NCBI GenBank assembly: GCA_037447435.1
Contig: JBBIGR010000036.1
Coordinates: forward strand, 1-55,870
DNA: 55,870 nt
DNA from: Fibrobacteria bacterium
GTDB lineage: Bacteria > Fibrobacterota > Chitinivibrionia > Chitinivibrionales > FEN-1185
Reading direction: 5' to 3'
The notes beneath the pieces were generated by a model that worked only from the letters and a program-made list of their open reading frames with translations, did not search any database and was not told the DNA's origin. Shown here one piece after another: positions 52,400 to 55,870 of the stretch (position 1 is its first letter; every line of letters starts with the position of its first letter). The position numbers and the translations under genes were made by a program.

Positions 52400-55339
52400 G
52401 TGACTTTCTTCAGTCAATTTTTAATCGTCATTGCCTGTTTTGTGCCTCTACTGGCCCAATCGTCCTCGGCAAAAGACTGGTTTTTGGATATAAAAGGTGA
52501 AAACAGCGGTCACACCGTTGCCAATTTTCTTTCGCTCCCCATTAGTGCAGGCAGCCTTAGTCTCGGCGAGGTCGCCGCAACCGGCTTGATGGATGCAACC
52601 GATATTCCGCTTTATCCCGCCAACACCGCTTTATTCGGGTTTCAAAAGGTTGCCACGACGCATTGCGAATGGCTCATGGATACGCGTATCGAATATGCGG
52701 GGGCTTGTTTTCCGATCATCGACGTCGGTACCGTCGGCACCTATTTCAGGATTTTCACACCCGGGACTTTCGAATATGCCCGGACCATAGACCAGGAAGT
52801 ATCTCATCCGTCTATGGTCGAATACGCCGCAGGAGTTTCCTTTGCCTCTTATTTCATGGAAAAGGCGCTGTCGCTGGGCGCGACGGCATCTTATGTGGAA
52901 AGCAGGCTCGACCAAACACTCGGCAGAACGGCAATCATTAATGCCGACGCCGCATACCGGCCGTCGCCTATTGTCAATTTGCATCTCGGAATTTCCAATA
53001 TTGGCCCGCCGATCACCTATGTTGCGACCAAAGAGCCGTTGCCTGCGCAAATCGATTTGTCTGCCGAATGCCACCCGCTTGCCCTGTCGGGGGATCTGCC
53101 CGATGTTTTCAACATGAACATCGGTGCGGGCGCACGAAAAATCAGCGATGAGCCGTTATGCGTCGGACTTGGACTGTCGGCAAGTTTTTTTAAGCAATTC
53201 TCGGTTCGCGCAGCCTACGATTATACGATCGGGGCACACACGTCGATCTCAGGGCTCAGTGCGGGCGCCGGTGTTGAACTTGAAAAATACGGCGCAGATT
53301 TCGGCTGGAAATATTTGTCCGAGGATCTGGGTTCGATTTGGGGAATCACCGTAAAAATGAATCTGAAGGAAATGACGAGAAAAACCGCGGAAGATTATTA
53401 TCGTACAGCAGAAAAATATTATGCGAAAGGCAACGTCTGGCTTTGCGTATTTAACGCAAAAAAGGCGATAAAACTCAATCCGAACATGTGGAAAGCCCAT
53501 GCACTCATAGCGCGGGCGAATGCGCTCGAGCGCAGGGAAAACAATCTTGAAGCCGCCATCATTTACACCGGAAACGACAAAGGTCAGATTTTACCCATGG
53601 CACTGCCCAAAGGCATGATGGGCGGATTGGCTCGAAAGGCGACCATTATCAATCAACTTGCCGCCCAATTTCCGACCCATATCATCATCGATTGCGGAAA
53701 TGGAATAACGCCTGCGTCGCATCCGTTAAAAGCCAAACTGATGCAACGCTTTTACGACCGCGTCAAATTCGACGCCGTTTCCGTGGGCGACCAGGAAATG
53801 CGGTACGGACTCGGGAAACTTTATCCCGCGATTAATCAAAGTAAAACGCAATACGTCTTCACCAATCTCATCAGCAGATTCGGACTCGGAAATGTGGAAC
53901 CGAAAAAAATGATAGCTAAAAACGGTTACGGATTCCAATTTCTCTCTATCGTGGCCCCGGCGTTATTGACGCAGCAAAACGAACGGGAAAAGTTGTTCGT
54001 GCCCGCGGACGAGATTCATCATCATCTGGCGAAAAGCGCAAACGTCCGTATTCTTGTTTCACACGATAATTGGGAAAATATGGCCGCATATTCAAAGGAT
54101 TTACAGCCGGGCGATATAATTATCGCCGGAAACATGAAACAGGAATTTTCAACACCCATGAAAATCGGTCCGGCATTGGTGCTTTCTCCGGGAGAATACG
54201 GCAAATACGTGGGGTATTGCATCATCCGCTTTTCTCCCGAGGGAAAAAAGATTATTTCGTGTGAAAACCATTTGATTGCGGTCACCGAGGATATTGCCCC
54301 TGATCCCGCAATGGAAGCGGATGCTAAGGCGATTGCGGCAAAGGTCGAAATCGATTCCGCAGGAATAGACGACTCGATACTTAAAAACGGCGAAACGAGC
54401 GGCATATTCGCCTTCTGCTCCAATAGGAATGACGTCAACGCCATTTACCTGAAAGTGCTAGCAAAAAACGCGGAATTTCCGCTGACCAGCGGTGCTGTCG
54501 CATGCGGCGCCCCGATTGTTTCATTTGCCGCAAGTAAAATCGCATATCTCGAGAAAAATGCCGATTCCTCTTGCCCGAGACTATGTATTATGGACCTTAG
54601 CGGAACCCAAAAACGCAGCATTCCCATGATCTCCTGCCCGAAAGGTGCGGCTTTTTCACCCGACGGCCAATGGCTCTATTTTTCAGCAACGCTTGCAGAC
54701 AGCACCTCCGATCTTTTCCGCATGAAGTCCGACGGTATGGTCTTAAACCCGGTCATTGCATGGAAAAATTCGAATGAAGGCGAAGTGGCTTTTTCCCCAG
54801 ACGGAAAAAGTATGGCGTTCGGATCGAATGCAAACGGCAAATGGCAATTGTTTATTTCCGATCCTTACGGGCAAAAACCAATATGCATTACCGACGGAAC
54901 CGGCGATTTTACCTCCCCGAAATTCAGCCCGAACGGTAAACTCATCGCATTATTGTCTAATAAAACAAGTTTCAACGGAACAAAAGACCTGTGGGTTTAC
55001 GACCCCGCGACGTCAAAATTGATTGCATTGACACATGATGCGGCAGCCAGGGAGTTTTGCTGGATTTCGAATGAAACCATTATCGCCTCATGCGGGAAAG
55101 ATACCACCGGCCTTATTGCGTTATCCGTCTTTTCGCATGAAAGCAAAATCGCCATTTCATCGGGCTCGATAAAAAACTATAACGAGAGAAGCCCGATGCT
55201 GATCAATGTCGGCCATGGCCAGAAGCTGGTTTACACGAAGGAATATTTCGACGGGAAAAGGAAAGTCTTCTGGGTAAATACCGACGGTACAAACGACCAA
55301 TGCGTTATCGGCGGCGAAGCGTCGGATTGGTTGGAATAA
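52400..55339 (+). CDS. Multidomain protein: PorV-like barrel + TPR + UshA/metallophosphoesterase-like domain + TolB/PD40 propeller
   Basis: FL.LP.SA..L.LG...PA PorV-like start, TPR-like AE.YY..G...A.K.NP, YTGN..G...GGLAR...IID.G, and repeated FSPDG motifs. Confidence 0.75.
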   Translation: MTFFSQFLIVIACFVPLLAQSSSAKDWFLDIKGENSGHTVANFLSLPISAGSLSLGEVAATGLMDATDIPLYPANTALFGFQKVATTHCEWLMDTRIEYAGACFPIIDVGTVGTYFRIFTPGTFEYARTIDQEVSHPSMVEYAAGVSFASYFMEKALSLGATASYVESRLDQTLGRTAIINADAAYRPSPIVNLHLGISNIGPPITYVATKEPLPAQIDLSAECHPLALSGDLPDVFNMNIGAGARKISDEPLCVGLGLSASFFKQFSVRAAYDYTIGAHTSISGLSAGAGVELEKYGADFGWKYLSEDLGSIWGITVKMNLKEMTRKTAEDYYRTAEKYYAKGNVWLCVFNAKKAIKLNPNMWKAHALIARANALERRENNLEAAIIYTGNDKGQILPMALPKGMMGGLARKATIINQLAAQFPTHIIIDCGNGITPASHPLKAKLMQRFYDRVKFDAVSVGDQEMRYGLGKLYPAINQSKTQYVFTNLISRFGLGNVEPKKMIAKNGYGFQFLSIVAPALLTQQNEREKLFVPADEIHHHLAKSANVRILVSHDNWENMAAYSKDLQPGDIIIAGNMKQEFSTPMKIGPALVLSPGEYGKYVGYCIIRFSPEGKKIISCENHLIAVTEDIAPDPAMEADAKAIAAKVEIDSAGIDDSILKNGETSGIFAFCSNRNDVNAIYLKVLAKNAEFPLTSGAVACGAPIVSFAASKIAYLEKNADSSCPRLCIMDLSGTQKRSIPMISCPKGAAFSPDGQWLYFSATLADSTSDLFRMKSDGMVLNPVIAWKNSNEGEVAFSPDGKSMAFGSNANGKWQLFISDPYGQKPICITDGTGDFTSPKFSPNGKLIALLSNKTSFNGTKDLWVYDPATSKLIALTHDAAAREFCWISNETIIASCGKDTTGLIALSVFSHESKIAISSGSIKNYNERSPMLINVGHGQKLVYTKEYFDGKRKVFWVNTDGTNDQCVIGGEASDWLE

Positions 55340-55348
55340 GAAGCGACA

Positions 55349-55377
55349 TTGCCGTTTTGGAAATTATATGGTATACT
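55349..55377 (+). promoter_or_regulatory. Sigma70 promoter (extended -10)
   Basis: TTGCCG-N17-TATACT with TG just upstream of the -10 box. Confidence 0.55.
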
Positions 55378-55409
55378 TAATATCGAATTGGATTTCTCAA
55401 GGAGATCGT

Positions 55410-55799
55410 ATGGGTAAACTTATGGTTCTTTTAGCCGGGATTGTTTCATTGATTGGATGCTCAAACGACAATCAAATCATTATTGAAAACAAAGCGGATT
55501 ATCCGATTTATTTTACTTTCCGGTCAAGTCAAAACACCGTCAACCCTAACGGGCAAACGACGATTTCCGACATTCCCAATGGTGACTATGCTGTTGCAAT
55601 AGGAATTCAAATACCGCCTTCTGGGGCATCGAGCTGGTCCGTGACTCCCCCTTCGGCAACATTTTCATTTAATAAGAAATCAACTAAAATCCGTACGGAA
55701 TTTTACTCGACTTTTGTAAGCGGAATATATGCTGTCACATGGAATTACTCGTCGACCGATCCGGTCACAAGCACGTCGACAGGCATAACCTCGCCTTAA
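55410..55799 (+). CDS. Small beta-rich lipoprotein
   Basis: AAGGAG RBS, lipobox LIGC and an Ig-like beta pattern. Confidence 0.75.
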   Translation: MGKLMVLLAGIVSLIGCSNDNQIIIENKADYPIYFTFRSSQNTVNPNGQTTISDIPNGDYAVAIGIQIPPSGASSWSVTPPSATFSFNKKSTKIRTEFYSTFVSGIYAVTWNYSSTDPVTSTSTGITSP

Positions 55800-55870
55800 A
55801 AACGAATTAGGTTTAGGTCAAGTCCTAAAAAATGTTTACAGTTTTTTGTTTTTAATTGTGTGTATTGTGT

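Overview
Mostly housekeeping DNA from a Gram-negative (waaA, beta-barrel OMPs) bacterium using standard code 11. Gene content suggests a Fibrobacterota/Chitinispirillia-like FCB organism; this is an inference. The window holds about 50 CDS (xth, rlmM, ligA, ROK kinase, Opp-type ABC transporter, 7TM-HD phosphodiesterase, Ser/Thr kinase, U32 protein, GH57/DUF4912, diguanylate cyclase, waaA, holA, truA, HtrA, gatA, pheA, recN, NAD kinase, tyrA, radical SAM and others) and two tRNAs (Val-TAC, Asp-GTC). I saw no CRISPR array, transposase or prophage. The best finding is at 48049-48819: two predicted ORFs are one in-frame gene for a secreted DUF1573 Ig-like protein, with a TGA exactly where the family's first Cys of C-G-C-T lies (RPG-U-GCT) and a SECIS-like hairpin just downstream, so probably a selenoprotein. 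Also notable are an intact AroA/EPSP-synthase homolog that has lost essentially every catalytic motif, sitting in an operon with a yeast/plant-type chorismate mutase; two tandem Lpp-like coiled-coil lipoproteins ending in Lys upstream of a LysM-like protein; a PorV-barrel/TPR/UshA-like/TolB-propeller fusion; and an AT-rich pair of diverged paralogs sharing a conserved 57-nt 3' block. All family calls come from motif recognition by eye, not database searches.
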